Assembly (NCBI GenBank): GCA_017547655.1
Contig: JAFYPF010000022.1
Span: 21,920-85,919 of the forward strand
DNA: 64,000 bases
Source: Clostridia bacterium
Lineage (GTDB): Bacteria > Bacillota > Clostridia > Oscillospirales > CAG-272
Direction of reading: 5' to 3'
Under the pieces are notes generated by a model. It was not told the DNA's origin. It did not search any database and saw nothing but the letters and a program-made list of their open reading frames with translations. Positions 39,062 through 47,026 of the stretch are shown here, piece by piece. The position numbers were made by a program, and so were the translations under genes. Numbering within the stretch: the first letter of the stretch is position 1; each line of letters opens with the position of its first letter.

Positions 39062-40024
39062 TTATTTGCTGAATACAAATGATGCAGAATCGTTTGATAG
39101 CCAATCTTCTTTTACTTCTAACTCAATTGTTTTCCAGTTGGAAGGAACTTCAATACCATAATATCCAACTAATTTTTTTCCTGCGGCAACTTCGCCATCA
39201 AGAGTGCCTTCGAATGCACTGTTTGCAGAAAATGAATAGTCAAGTTTGATATCCTCGCAATATGCATTAAAAAGCATTAAACTGCTTATACTTTGTTCTT
39301 GTGTAGAAATATTTTCTATTGTGAGTTTTATTCCAATAAATATTTTTCCCTCGGCAGGTTTAAATAATTGTGAACCGGTGTTTTCTACAATTTCTGTAGC
39401 GGTAAATTTTAATTTTTTAAATACTGCAGATTCGTTTAAAGATAAGTTTTTTGAGGGAGCAGTTGTTTCAACAACGGTAGATTCTTCAGGTGAAGAAGTA
39501 AGTGGATTATTTGTTTCAGGGGGCTGATTATTTACCAAATCGCGGTTAAATACAAATGTTGCAGATTTGTTGGATAACCAATTTGATTTTACTTCTAATT
39601 CAATTGTATTCCATAAAGCAGGTACTTCAATGGAATAATATCCAACTAATTTTTTTCCTGCAGCAATTGAGCCGTCCAATGAGCCTTCAAAAGCGGCTGA
39701 TGCTGAAAGGGAATAATCAACCTTAACATCATCACAATAAGGTTCAAACAATAACATACTGCTTACCGATTGTTCTTTTGATGATATGTTTTCGATTGTA
39801 AATTTGATTCCAACAAAAACATTTCCTTCGTCGGGGGCGAAAAGTTGTGTTCCTAAATTTTCTGTGATTTCTGTGGCAGTGAATTTCAAATCCTCAAAAG
39901 TTGCAACTTCATTTAATCCAAAGGGTGCTTCTTCATTGTTTGGAGGAGGATTGTTGCTTGAACAACTTGTAACTGAAAGAATAAGTACTACTAACAATAA
40001 TGTTGAAATTAAAAACTTTTTCAT
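39062..40024 (-). CDS. DUF4352-type lipoprotein with two tandem homologous domains
   Basis: 320 aa with a lipobox (LSVTSCSS). It contains two ~135-aa repeats, KFTATEITENLGTQLFAPDEGNVFVGIKFTIENIS... and KFTATEIVENTGSQLFKPAEGKIFIGIKLTIENIS... Confidence 0.75.
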   Translation of the reverse strand: MKKFLISTLLLVVLILSVTSCSSNNPPPNNEEAPFGLNEVATFEDLKFTATEITENLGTQLFAPDEGNVFVGIKFTIENISSKEQSVSSMLLFEPYCDDVKVDYSLSASAAFEGSLDGSIAAGKKLVGYYSIEVPALWNTIELEVKSNWLSNKSATFVFNRDLVNNQPPETNNPLTSSPEESTVVETTAPSKNLSLNESAVFKKLKFTATEIVENTGSQLFKPAEGKIFIGIKLTIENISTQEQSISSLMLFNAYCEDIKLDYSFSANSAFEGTLDGEVAAGKKLVGYYGIEVPSNWKTIELEVKEDWLSNDSASFVFSK

Positions 40025-40065
40025 AGAGTTCTCCTTTTTTATAAAATATATCCCACACCGATTAT

Positions 40066-40105
40066 AGCGGAAAATTCGCTAAAAGTCAATAGCGAAAAAT
40101 TTTCT
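40066..40105. promoter_or_regulatory. Two related operator-like sites in the DUF4352/XRE divergent intergenic region
   Basis: AGCGGAAAATTCGCT at 40066-40080 and AGCGAAAAATTTTCT at 40091-40105 are spaced 25 bp centre to centre. The second site abuts a TATAAT at 40109-40114 upstream of the XRE gene. Confidence 0.4.
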
Positions 40106-40145
40106 ACATATAATTAGTTATAGAATGATTATATGGGGGGATTTT

Positions 40146-40364
40146 ATGCCGCATTATCCGAGAATTCGAGATTTGAGAGAAGACAAAGATATTACCCAAA
40201 GGGAGATGGGAAAAGTGCTTTCGTGCAGTCAAAGAGTATATAGTAATTATGAACGTGGTGATATTGACATTCCAACTGCTACTCTTTGTAAAATTGCAGA
40301 TTTTCACAAAGTTTCTGTTGATTATTTATTGGGGAGAACTGATAATCCTAAAGTTAATAATTAA
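40146..40364 (+). CDS. XRE-family helix-turn-helix transcriptional regulator
   Basis: 72 aa with IRDLREDKDITQREMGKVLSCSQRVYSNYERGDIDIP, typical of HTH_3. The ATG at 40146 follows GGGGGG; the ORF opens at 40125. Confidence 0.85.
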   Translation: MPHYPRIRDLREDKDITQREMGKVLSCSQRVYSNYERGDIDIPTATLCKIADFHKVSVDYLLGRTDNPKVNN

Positions 40365-40408
40365 AAGGCAATATCAATCCGATTATGGAAAGATATTGCC
40401 TTGTTTTT
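40356..40408 (+). repeat. Direct repeat copy 2 (terminator-like hairpin after the XRE gene, abutting the citXG stop)
   Basis: See copy 1 for the shared sequence. Here the hairpin is flanked by an A-run and a T-run, so it can terminate both convergent genes. Confidence 0.85.
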
Positions 40409-41727
40409 TACATATTTTCAAGTTCTGCAAAAAAGTAGGTTATAGCCAATAAGTCAGCACAGCCGCCGGGGGATAGATTTTTTGCTATAAATGCCTCGTC
40501 CATTTCTTCAATATTTTTGATTGTGGGTGAATTTCCGAGTAGTTTAGTTGCATATTCTTGTGCGTACTTTACGCCCTCGTCGCCGCCTCGGTTATAAATG
40601 CTCGTATCATATACATTTGCCATAAGGTGCAGTAGTGTTATCACTCCTGCATCATTTTTTGTTTTACCGTTTGCAAGTTCTGACTTGTATATCGGAAGGG
40701 CAACGTTCTTTATTGACGGAAATCCGTCGGCAACTTCTCCGCGTATTCCTTTTTCGCCTCTTTCAAGATAGAGTCTGCCGCCTGATGTCGAGCCGTCTAT
40801 ATTGTCAAAATCTTTTTTTGCGGGAAGCTTTGTCATAGCCGAACATTCGGTCAATATATCTGCTGTTTTCGGCATCTTTGCATCGGGTTTCCAAAGTCTG
40901 CCTATTGCCCCCAATATAACACCGAGCGAATATATAATCCCCTTATGTGTATTAACGCCGTTCGTCGCTTTATACATGTTTTTTTCGGCTGATATACCCG
41001 CTTTGCGGAGTGCGTAAAAAGTATCTTCGGGCGTATTGTGCGCAGTGTTGATTCCGATATTTATGCATTCTTCAAAATATCCGACAAGAGCATTTGCGCT
41101 TTCGACAAAGGTTTGCACATTCATATCGAAATGACTTCCGTTGTTTGATAAATCCACAAGCCCCGGTTTTACCGTTGTGCGCACCTCGTCTATAAGGCAA
41201 TTTCTTGCAAATTCGGCAATCTTTTTACTGTCAATCTTTGCAAAATGTCGGGAGATTATTTCTTGTGTTTTTTCTTGCAATTCCTCGACGGAATGAAGCC
41301 TTCCCGCAGCGCACGCTCTGCCTGATTTTCCGCAGATAATACAGCATCTTTCTTTTTTTCTTTCAAGCTTCTTGCCGTCAACGTCTATAACGTCTATATC
41401 GAAAAGTCTGCCAAGTTCGCACTCTTCTTCTATCTTTACGCATATATCCTTAATTTCTTGGGCATTAGCCATAACGGAAAAAAGACTCATAGGACCGTAA
41501 TTTTTGTATGCGGTAATTTGTTTTGCTGTTTTATAGTCTCCTATTGCCTTTTCGATTTTATTCAGTCCGTATTCAAAGGCGCGTATAATAAGGGGGGACG
41601 TCTTTATCGGTCCTGCTATATTCATAGTAAAGCAAATCAAAGGATATGGGTTTTCTTTTTGCATTTCATTTTGCATACGGACACGTTCTTCGCGGGCATC
41701 AAGTATTTCTTTTAACGTAACTTCCAT
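40408..41727 (-). CDS. citXG: Bifunctional CitX-CitG: holo-ACP synthase (apo-citrate lyase phosphoribosyl-dephospho-CoA transferase) fused to triphosphoribosyl-dephospho-CoA synthase
   Basis: 439 aa. The N-terminal ~170 aa are CitX-like, including LFDIDV and RCCIICGKSGRACAAGRLHS; from memory, E. coli CitX has RRCLLCEQSAAVCARGKTH. The C-terminal ~260 aa are CitG-like (VDLSNNGSHFDM, GVNTHKGIIYSLG). Confidence 0.82.
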   Translation of the reverse strand: MEVTLKEILDAREERVRMQNEMQKENPYPLICFTMNIAGPIKTSPLIIRAFEYGLNKIEKAIGDYKTAKQITAYKNYGPMSLFSVMANAQEIKDICVKIEEECELGRLFDIDVIDVDGKKLERKKERCCIICGKSGRACAAGRLHSVEELQEKTQEIISRHFAKIDSKKIAEFARNCLIDEVRTTVKPGLVDLSNNGSHFDMNVQTFVESANALVGYFEECINIGINTAHNTPEDTFYALRKAGISAEKNMYKATNGVNTHKGIIYSLGVILGAIGRLWKPDAKMPKTADILTECSAMTKLPAKKDFDNIDGSTSGGRLYLERGEKGIRGEVADGFPSIKNVALPIYKSELANGKTKNDAGVITLLHLMANVYDTSIYNRGGDEGVKYAQEYATKLLGNSPTIKNIEEMDEAFIAKNLSPGGCADLLAITYFFAELENM

Positions 41728-41743
41728 ATAAATTTTTGCCTTT

Positions 41744-42688
41744 TCAGAATAAGAAGTCTGTTTGCTTCATACGGTGTTCGTCAAGTCTTCTTAATGATTC
41801 CTCTGCGCCATCACCGACACAGCCTATAAGCAGATAGCGTTTTGTAAGTTGGTCATATATAAAATGATTGAGCAGCTTGAAATTTTCGACCATTCCGGTA
41901 TTGGAAACGTGAATTCGGGGACCTGTGCATCTGTGGATTATATCACCTATAGAAACGTGGTTGTTGTCAACGTAGGTTATGGGCATTTTTGCCGCTATCA
42001 TCTCGTTTACTTTGGTTTCAAGCTCTTGAATGTCGAAGTCGGGCTTATAGTCGGGGAAGGCAATTACAAATCCGTGCTTTACGTCGTCGTGCATACAGCG
42101 TTCAAGGTCTTCTTTCGGCATACAAGCCTCGCATAAGTCTTCCGCAGTATGAGCCATAAGACGATAGGGAATAGATGCGTATACCGCTTCCTTTATTTCG
42201 TCGGGCTCGGGACCGAACAGCATAGGTCTTGCTATAAGAATCTGTTCGCCTGCGCCTATAAGCAGGTTGGCGTTAATGCCGAGATGGGGGTATACCAAAT
42301 CAAAATGCTCGACTACTACTCGTTTTCCGTTTTCGAGTGCTTCTCGTATGGCGTCTGCAAGTACACTCATCTGTGTAAAGCCGTTTTCAAATCTAATGTC
42401 TACGTGATAAGTATGAGGCGAAAAGAATTTAAAGCCTCCGCCGCCTTGATCAAGCAGAGGAAGAGGGCGTACGTAAACGCCATCATCGTCATTGGTTAGT
42501 TCAAGTCCGGGGAACATTCCGCGAATCAGCGCGCTTTTTCCCGAGCCTGCTTCTCCGATAAAGCCTATAAGCTTATCAAACGGTGAAAGATAAAGCTGCG
42601 CTAATTGCATACCCAAAGCATACATACGGCTATATCCGCGAGGCGCAAAATAACTGCTTAATATATGTGCTCTTTGTCTCTCTTGCAT
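41744..42688 (-). CDS. Uncharacterised P-loop protein (Walker A GEAGSGKS) embedded in the lyase-activation operon
   Basis: 314 aa in a clean ORF, 15 nt after the citC stop and 16 nt before the citXG start. It has a Walker A-like GFIGEAGSGKSALIRG and a possible Walker B, RVVVEHFD. I recognise no family. Confidence 0.7.
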   Translation of the reverse strand: MQERQRAHILSSYFAPRGYSRMYALGMQLAQLYLSPFDKLIGFIGEAGSGKSALIRGMFPGLELTNDDDGVYVRPLPLLDQGGGGFKFFSPHTYHVDIRFENGFTQMSVLADAIREALENGKRVVVEHFDLVYPHLGINANLLIGAGEQILIARPMLFGPEPDEIKEAVYASIPYRLMAHTAEDLCEACMPKEDLERCMHDDVKHGFVIAFPDYKPDFDIQELETKVNEMIAAKMPITYVDNNHVSIGDIIHRCTGPRIHVSNTGMVENFKLLNHFIYDQLTKRYLLIGCVGDGAEESLRRLDEHRMKQTDFLF

Positions 42689-42703
42689 TGTTCTTTCCTC
42701 CTG

Positions 42704-43690
42704 TTATATCAAGTCATTGGATTTTAAATAATCCATAGTTGTCGCAGGGACGATAGTCTTTAAGGTTTCTATATCGCCCTCTTTTATTAGTCTTCTTACA
42801 GCGCTTGCGCTTACGGGAGTTCCGTCCACTTCTTTTCTTTCGATTTCCTTAAATTCTATTCCTGTCGACGGAAGCTTCTTTTTCAGCGCCTCGTTATACG
42901 TGTTTGTCATCGGGGAAAGGGGTTCTGTTCCCACGTATCTTCGGGTTATCGCAAGACGGGGAACGAAGTGTTTCAAAAATATTTCAATGTCAATATCACA
43001 CAGCACTTCATCTGCGTTGTCTCGGTCTTTCAAAAAATACGTCGGGAATGTTGCCGCAGATATCAGGTACGGTCCGGTTTGCAGTACCGTAACGTTTGAA
43101 AGGTGAGACGTGCCGAGTTTTACCATTTCAAATCTGTCCTTTGCCGAAAAAACGTCTCCCTCTTCGGAAAGCACGAAAATATATACTCTGTCACATTCCG
43201 ACGCCGCTTTTTCAATTAAGTACTGGTGACCGAGCGTAAAGGGGTTACAGTTCATAACAATGGCGCCTACGGTCTTTTCTTCGCTCTTTTCGGGAAGCGT
43301 ATTGAGATAACTCTCAATACCATTTCTTTTGTTTTCCATAACGAGAACTTTATCGGTTTCGGCTATCGGATAAAAGAAGAGGGAAGAAAAAATAAATCTG
43401 TTCTGTGGCTTTGTGTAAATAAATAAGTGGTGGTATCCGTCTTCGAATGCATCGCGGCGAAGCTCGGTAATTACTTTTGAAAGCAAATCCTCGCCCTGAT
43501 GTCTTGGGGATACTGCTAACTGTTTGAGTATATTTTTATCTCGGCTTCCCGAAGCAATCAGCTCATCTTCGTCCCATACCAATACGGTGCGATTAGGCAG
43601 GTCGGTTGTTTTTAGTCCCGTTTCTGCCATAAGAGTATTCCATTTGTCGAGCTTCGTTCCGCTCATACGAGATGTGATTTCAACGTTCAT
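42704..43690 (-). CDS. citC: [Citrate (pro-3S)-lyase] ligase CitC (acetate:SH-ACP ligase)
   Basis: It has a cytidylyltransferase-like core, GAIVMNCNPFTLGHQYLIEKAA. I chose the ATG at 43690 after GAGGAAG; the ORF opens at 43738. Confidence 0.88.
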   Translation of the reverse strand: MNVEITSRMSGTKLDKWNTLMAETGLKTTDLPNRTVLVWDEDELIASGSRDKNILKQLAVSPRHQGEDLLSKVITELRRDAFEDGYHHLFIYTKPQNRFIFSSLFFYPIAETDKVLVMENKRNGIESYLNTLPEKSEEKTVGAIVMNCNPFTLGHQYLIEKAASECDRVYIFVLSEEGDVFSAKDRFEMVKLGTSHLSNVTVLQTGPYLISAATFPTYFLKDRDNADEVLCDIDIEIFLKHFVPRLAITRRYVGTEPLSPMTNTYNEALKKKLPSTGIEFKEIERKEVDGTPVSASAVRRLIKEGDIETLKTIVPATTMDYLKSNDLI

Positions 43691-43872
43691 TTGTTCTTCC
43701 TCTGTAAAAAATGCGTTATTTCCATTATTATACAACATTATTTAGGTTTAATAAAGAGAAATTTTAAAATTTTTTCAAAAAAGTGGTTGTTTATTTGCGA
43801 GTGGGGTGTTATTATATATAATATAATAAATATTTTTTGTTGAACGTACAACGAAAGGAGCTGTGTTATACA

Positions 43873-44142
43873 GTGAAAATTATTAAACAAGCGTCGGCAG
43901 GTACAATGGAATCAAGCGATGCTTACGTTGAAATCGAACCCCGTGATAACGGTCTTGATATTCACATTGAGTCTGTTGTGGAACAGCAGTTTGGTGAGAA
44001 AATAGAAGCTACGGTACGCGAAGTTCTTGCTGAATTTGATTTAAACGACGCCGAGGTGCGCATTGTTGACAGAGGCGCTCTCGAGTGTGTTATCAGAGCG
44101 AGAGTTGAAACCGCTATTCAAAGAGGCGGAGGTGAAGTGTAA
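43873..44142 (+). CDS. citD: Citrate/citramalate lyase acyl carrier protein (gamma subunit) CitD
   Basis: A GTG start gives VKIIKQASAGTMESSDAYVEIEP. This carries the conserved AGT.ESSD segment that holds the prosthetic-group serine. Confidence 0.85.
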   Translation: MKIIKQASAGTMESSDAYVEIEPRDNGLDIHIESVVEQQFGEKIEATVREVLAEFDLNDAEVRIVDRGALECVIRARVETAIQRGGGEV

Positions 44143-45023
44143 TGCGCCGCAGTCTTTTATTTTTGCCGGGTAATAACCCCAATATGCTTATAAATGCGGG
44201 CTATCTTGGCTCGGATGCAGTTATCTTCGACCTTGAAGATGCCGTATCCCCCGCTGAAAAGGATGCCGCGCGTATACTTGTTCGTAATACCATGCGTTAT
44301 ATGCAGCTTGACTGCGAAAAAATTGTGCGTATCAACTCGGTTGATACTGCGTACTGGAAAGCCGATATTGATGCTATACTTCCCGAAAAGCCCAGCCTTC
44401 TTCTTTTGCCTAAAGCAAGCTCACCCGAAGATGTTATTCAGGTTGCTTCTTATATGGACGAGGTTGAAGAAAAGCTTGGTTACGCTAACGGCTCGGTAGG
44501 AATTATGCCTCTTATAGAAACGGCTCTCGGAGTTGAAAATGCTTATGCTATAGCGGTTTCTTCTTCAAGAGTAAAGGCGCTTTTCCTCGGGGCTGAAGAT
44601 TTAACGGCTGACATTCAGTGCAAACGTACGAAAGAGGGCAGAGAAATAGAATATGCACGTACACGTCTTGTCGTTGCCGCAAGAGCTGCGGGTGTTGACG
44701 TGTATGATACTCCGTTTACCGACGTTAATGATGACGAGGGTATAGTTGTTGATGCAAAACTCGCAAAGAGCTTTGGCTTTACGGGTAAAGCTTCAATTTC
44801 GCCCCGTCACGTTGAAGTGATAAATTCAGTATTCAGTCCTACGCTTGCCGAAATTAAGTATGCGTATGACGTTATTGAAGCTATTGAAACAGCAAAGAAG
44901 CAGGGAAAAGGCGCAATATCTCTCAACGGAAAAATGATAGACGCCCCCATCGTTGCAAGAGCAGAACGTACTATTGCTATGGCAGAGGCGCTTGGTATTG
45001 AAAGGAGAGATGACTGTGAGTAA
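44142..45023 (+). CDS. citE: Citryl/citramalyl-CoA lyase beta subunit CitE
   Basis: 293 aa with RRSLLFLPGNNPNML...DAVIFDLEDAV, typical of the HpcH/CitE family. Confidence 0.92.
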   Translation: MRRSLLFLPGNNPNMLINAGYLGSDAVIFDLEDAVSPAEKDAARILVRNTMRYMQLDCEKIVRINSVDTAYWKADIDAILPEKPSLLLLPKASSPEDVIQVASYMDEVEEKLGYANGSVGIMPLIETALGVENAYAIAVSSSRVKALFLGAEDLTADIQCKRTKEGREIEYARTRLVVAARAAGVDVYDTPFTDVNDDEGIVVDAKLAKSFGFTGKASISPRHVEVINSVFSPTLAEIKYAYDVIEAIETAKKQGKGAISLNGKMIDAPIVARAERTIAMAEALGIERRDDCE

Positions 45024-46425
45024 GTTAGTAAAATCCATAAAGGAAGTTGTTGAGCTTGTCGGTCTTAAAGACGGTATGACCGTTTCTTTCCACCACCACT
45101 TGCGTAATGGTGACTACGTATTGAATATGGTTATGGCTGAAATCGCGGCAAAGGGACTTCGCGATATTAACGTTAATGCAAGCTCACTCTTTGATACGCA
45201 CGCGCCTATCCTTGAACATATCAGCAACGGCGTTGTAACCGGAATTGCGGCTGACTATATCGGCGCCGGTGTAGGAAGAGCTATATCCGAGGGTATTCTC
45301 GAAAAGCCCGTTCAGTTTTATACTCACGGCGGTCGAGCAAGCAGTATCTCTCTCGGCAGAACTCCTATTGACGTTGCTTTTATTGCGGCTCCTACGTCTG
45401 ACCCCATGGGTAACTGCTCGGGTAAATACGGCAAATCCGCTTGCGGAAGCTTGGGTTACGCTTTTGCAGACGCTATGTATGCAAAAAAGGTTGTTGTTAT
45501 TACAGATAATCTTGTACCTTATCCTTTGACCGATTTCTCGATTTCCGAGGATTACATAGACTACGTTGTTGAGGTTGATGCTATAGGCAATCCTAAAGGT
45601 ATTGTATCGGGTACTACCAAAATAACAAGAGATCCCGTAGGCCTTGTTATGGCGGCTCATGCGGCTAAAGTTATAGAGGCATCGGGACTTCTTAAAGACG
45701 GCTTTTCGTTCCAGACGGGCGCTGGCGGTGCATCGCTTGCAGCGGCTAAATTCCTAAAGGATATTATGGTTGAAAAGCAGATTCAGGGAAGCTTCGGTCT
45801 CGGCGGTATTACCGGGTATATGGTTGATATGCTGAAGGCGGGTTGCTTCCGTACGTTGATGGATGTTCAATGTTTTGACTTGACTGCTGTTGAGTCATTA
45901 CGTGAAAATCCGAATCATCAGGAGATTTCGGCTTTGCAGTATGCTTCTCCCAGCTGTAAGAGCGCTGTTGTTGACAGTCTTGATGTTGTTATTCTCGGCG
46001 CGACCGAAATAGACACCGACTTTAACGTAAACGTGCATACTGATTCGAACGGATATATTATGGGCGGCTCGGGCGGCCACAGCGATACTGCGGCGGGTGC
46101 TAAACTTTCTATGATTATTGCTCCTATGTTCAGAGCAAGGTTGCCTATAGTTACAGAAAGTGTTACTTGTGTATCCACTCCGGGTCAAACCGTCGATGTT
46201 CTTGTGACGCAGGGCGGTATTGCGGTTAACCCGAGAAGAAAAGAACTTGCAGATAATCTCAAGTCTGCAGGTTTGCCTATTATTGATATTAACGAACTTA
46301 AGGAAAAGACAGAGCGCATTACCGGCTCTCCCAAAAAGCTTAACCGAGGCGATAGGGTTGTTGCCGAAGTAATAGGCAGAGAGGGTAATTTGTGCGATAA
46401 AATATACAGTGTTTCGAAAAAGTAA
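45010..46425 (+). CDS. citF: Citrate/citramalate CoA-transferase alpha subunit CitF
   Basis: About 470 aa with FHHHLRNGD near the N-terminus. The start is ATG 45010 or GTG 45016 after AAAGGAG, overlapping the citE end. Confidence 0.92.
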   Translation: MTVSKLVKSIKEVVELVGLKDGMTVSFHHHLRNGDYVLNMVMAEIAAKGLRDINVNASSLFDTHAPILEHISNGVVTGIAADYIGAGVGRAISEGILEKPVQFYTHGGRASSISLGRTPIDVAFIAAPTSDPMGNCSGKYGKSACGSLGYAFADAMYAKKVVVITDNLVPYPLTDFSISEDYIDYVVEVDAIGNPKGIVSGTTKITRDPVGLVMAAHAAKVIEASGLLKDGFSFQTGAGGASLAAAKFLKDIMVEKQIQGSFGLGGITGYMVDMLKAGCFRTLMDVQCFDLTAVESLRENPNHQEISALQYASPSCKSAVVDSLDVVILGATEIDTDFNVNVHTDSNGYIMGGSGGHSDTAAGAKLSMIIAPMFRARLPIVTESVTCVSTPGQTVDVLVTQGGIAVNPRRKELADNLKSAGLPIIDINELKEKTERITGSPKKLNRGDRVVAEVIGREGNLCDKIYSVSKK

Positions 46426-46509
46426 TTGTATTTTGTTTTCGAATATTGTTTTTTTGCAAGAAATTTGCGTTTATTTGTTGCTATAATGGTATTTATTGAG
46501 ACTTAATTA

Positions 46510-46538
46510 TTGACTTTTTTGACGCAAGGTTGTATTAT
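46510..46538 (+). promoter_or_regulatory. Promoter for the glutamate mutase operon (TTGACT-17-TATTAT)
   Basis: The hexamers are at 46510-46515 and 46533-46538. Confidence 0.6.
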
Positions 46539-46593
46539 ATATACGTTAAAATGTTATTATTGTGCAAACACAAAAGATAGAGAGGTATTTGTT

Positions 46594-47019
46594 ATGGGTG
46601 ATAACAAAAAAAAGGTGCTGGTAATAGGCGTTATCGGTTCCGACGTTCATGCGGTTGGCAATAAAATCTTGTATCACGCTTTTACGCAGGCAGGCTTTGA
46701 GGTTGTTAACTTGGGTGTTATGGTTACTCAAGAAGAGTATATCGCAGCGGCTATCGAGTCTAACGCTGATGCTATAGTTGTTTCTTCTTTGTACGGTCAG
46801 GGCGAGCTTGACTGCCGTGGTCTCAGAGAAAAGTGCGATGAAGCAGGACTTAAGGGTATTCCGCTTGTTGTCGGTGGAAATATTGTAATCGGCAAACAAA
46901 AGTTTGAAGACGTTGAGGAACGCTTCAAGGCTATGGGGTTTGACAGAGCATTCCCTCCCGGTACTTCTCCCGAAACTACCATTGAAGCTCTACGTGAGCT
47001 TTTGCACATGGAAGGATAA
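46594..47019 (+). CDS. glmS: Methylaspartate (glutamate) mutase S chain, cobalamin-binding
   Basis: 141 aa with the DxHxxG motif [10 protein letters not shown]. The ATG at 46594 follows AGAGAGG. Confidence 0.93.
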   Translation: MGDNKKKVLVIGVIGSDVHAVGNKILYHAFTQAGFEVVNLGVMVTQEEYIAAAIESNADAIVVSSLYGQGELDCRGLREKCDEAGLKGIPLVVGGNIVIGKQKFEDVEERFKAMGFDRAFPPGTSPETTIEALRELLHMEG

Positions 47020-47026
47020 GTTTTAG

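Noticed and set aside
40408-41727. The Cys-rich segment RCCIICGKSGRACAAGRLHS in CitXG as an unusual inserted metal-binding linker.
   Set aside because: From memory, E. coli CitX carries the homologous RRCLLCEQSAAVCARGKTH near its C-terminus. The segment is therefore a normal CitX feature, and CitX-CitG fusions are known. I use it as supporting evidence, not as a novelty.
43840-43853. GTTGAACGTACAAC, an imperfect palindrome before the citD RBS, considered as a cre/CcpA site or other operator.
   Set aside because: It does not fit the cre consensus TGWNANCGNTNWCA in any register. With only a 4+4 bp inverted repeat, it is too weak to annotate.
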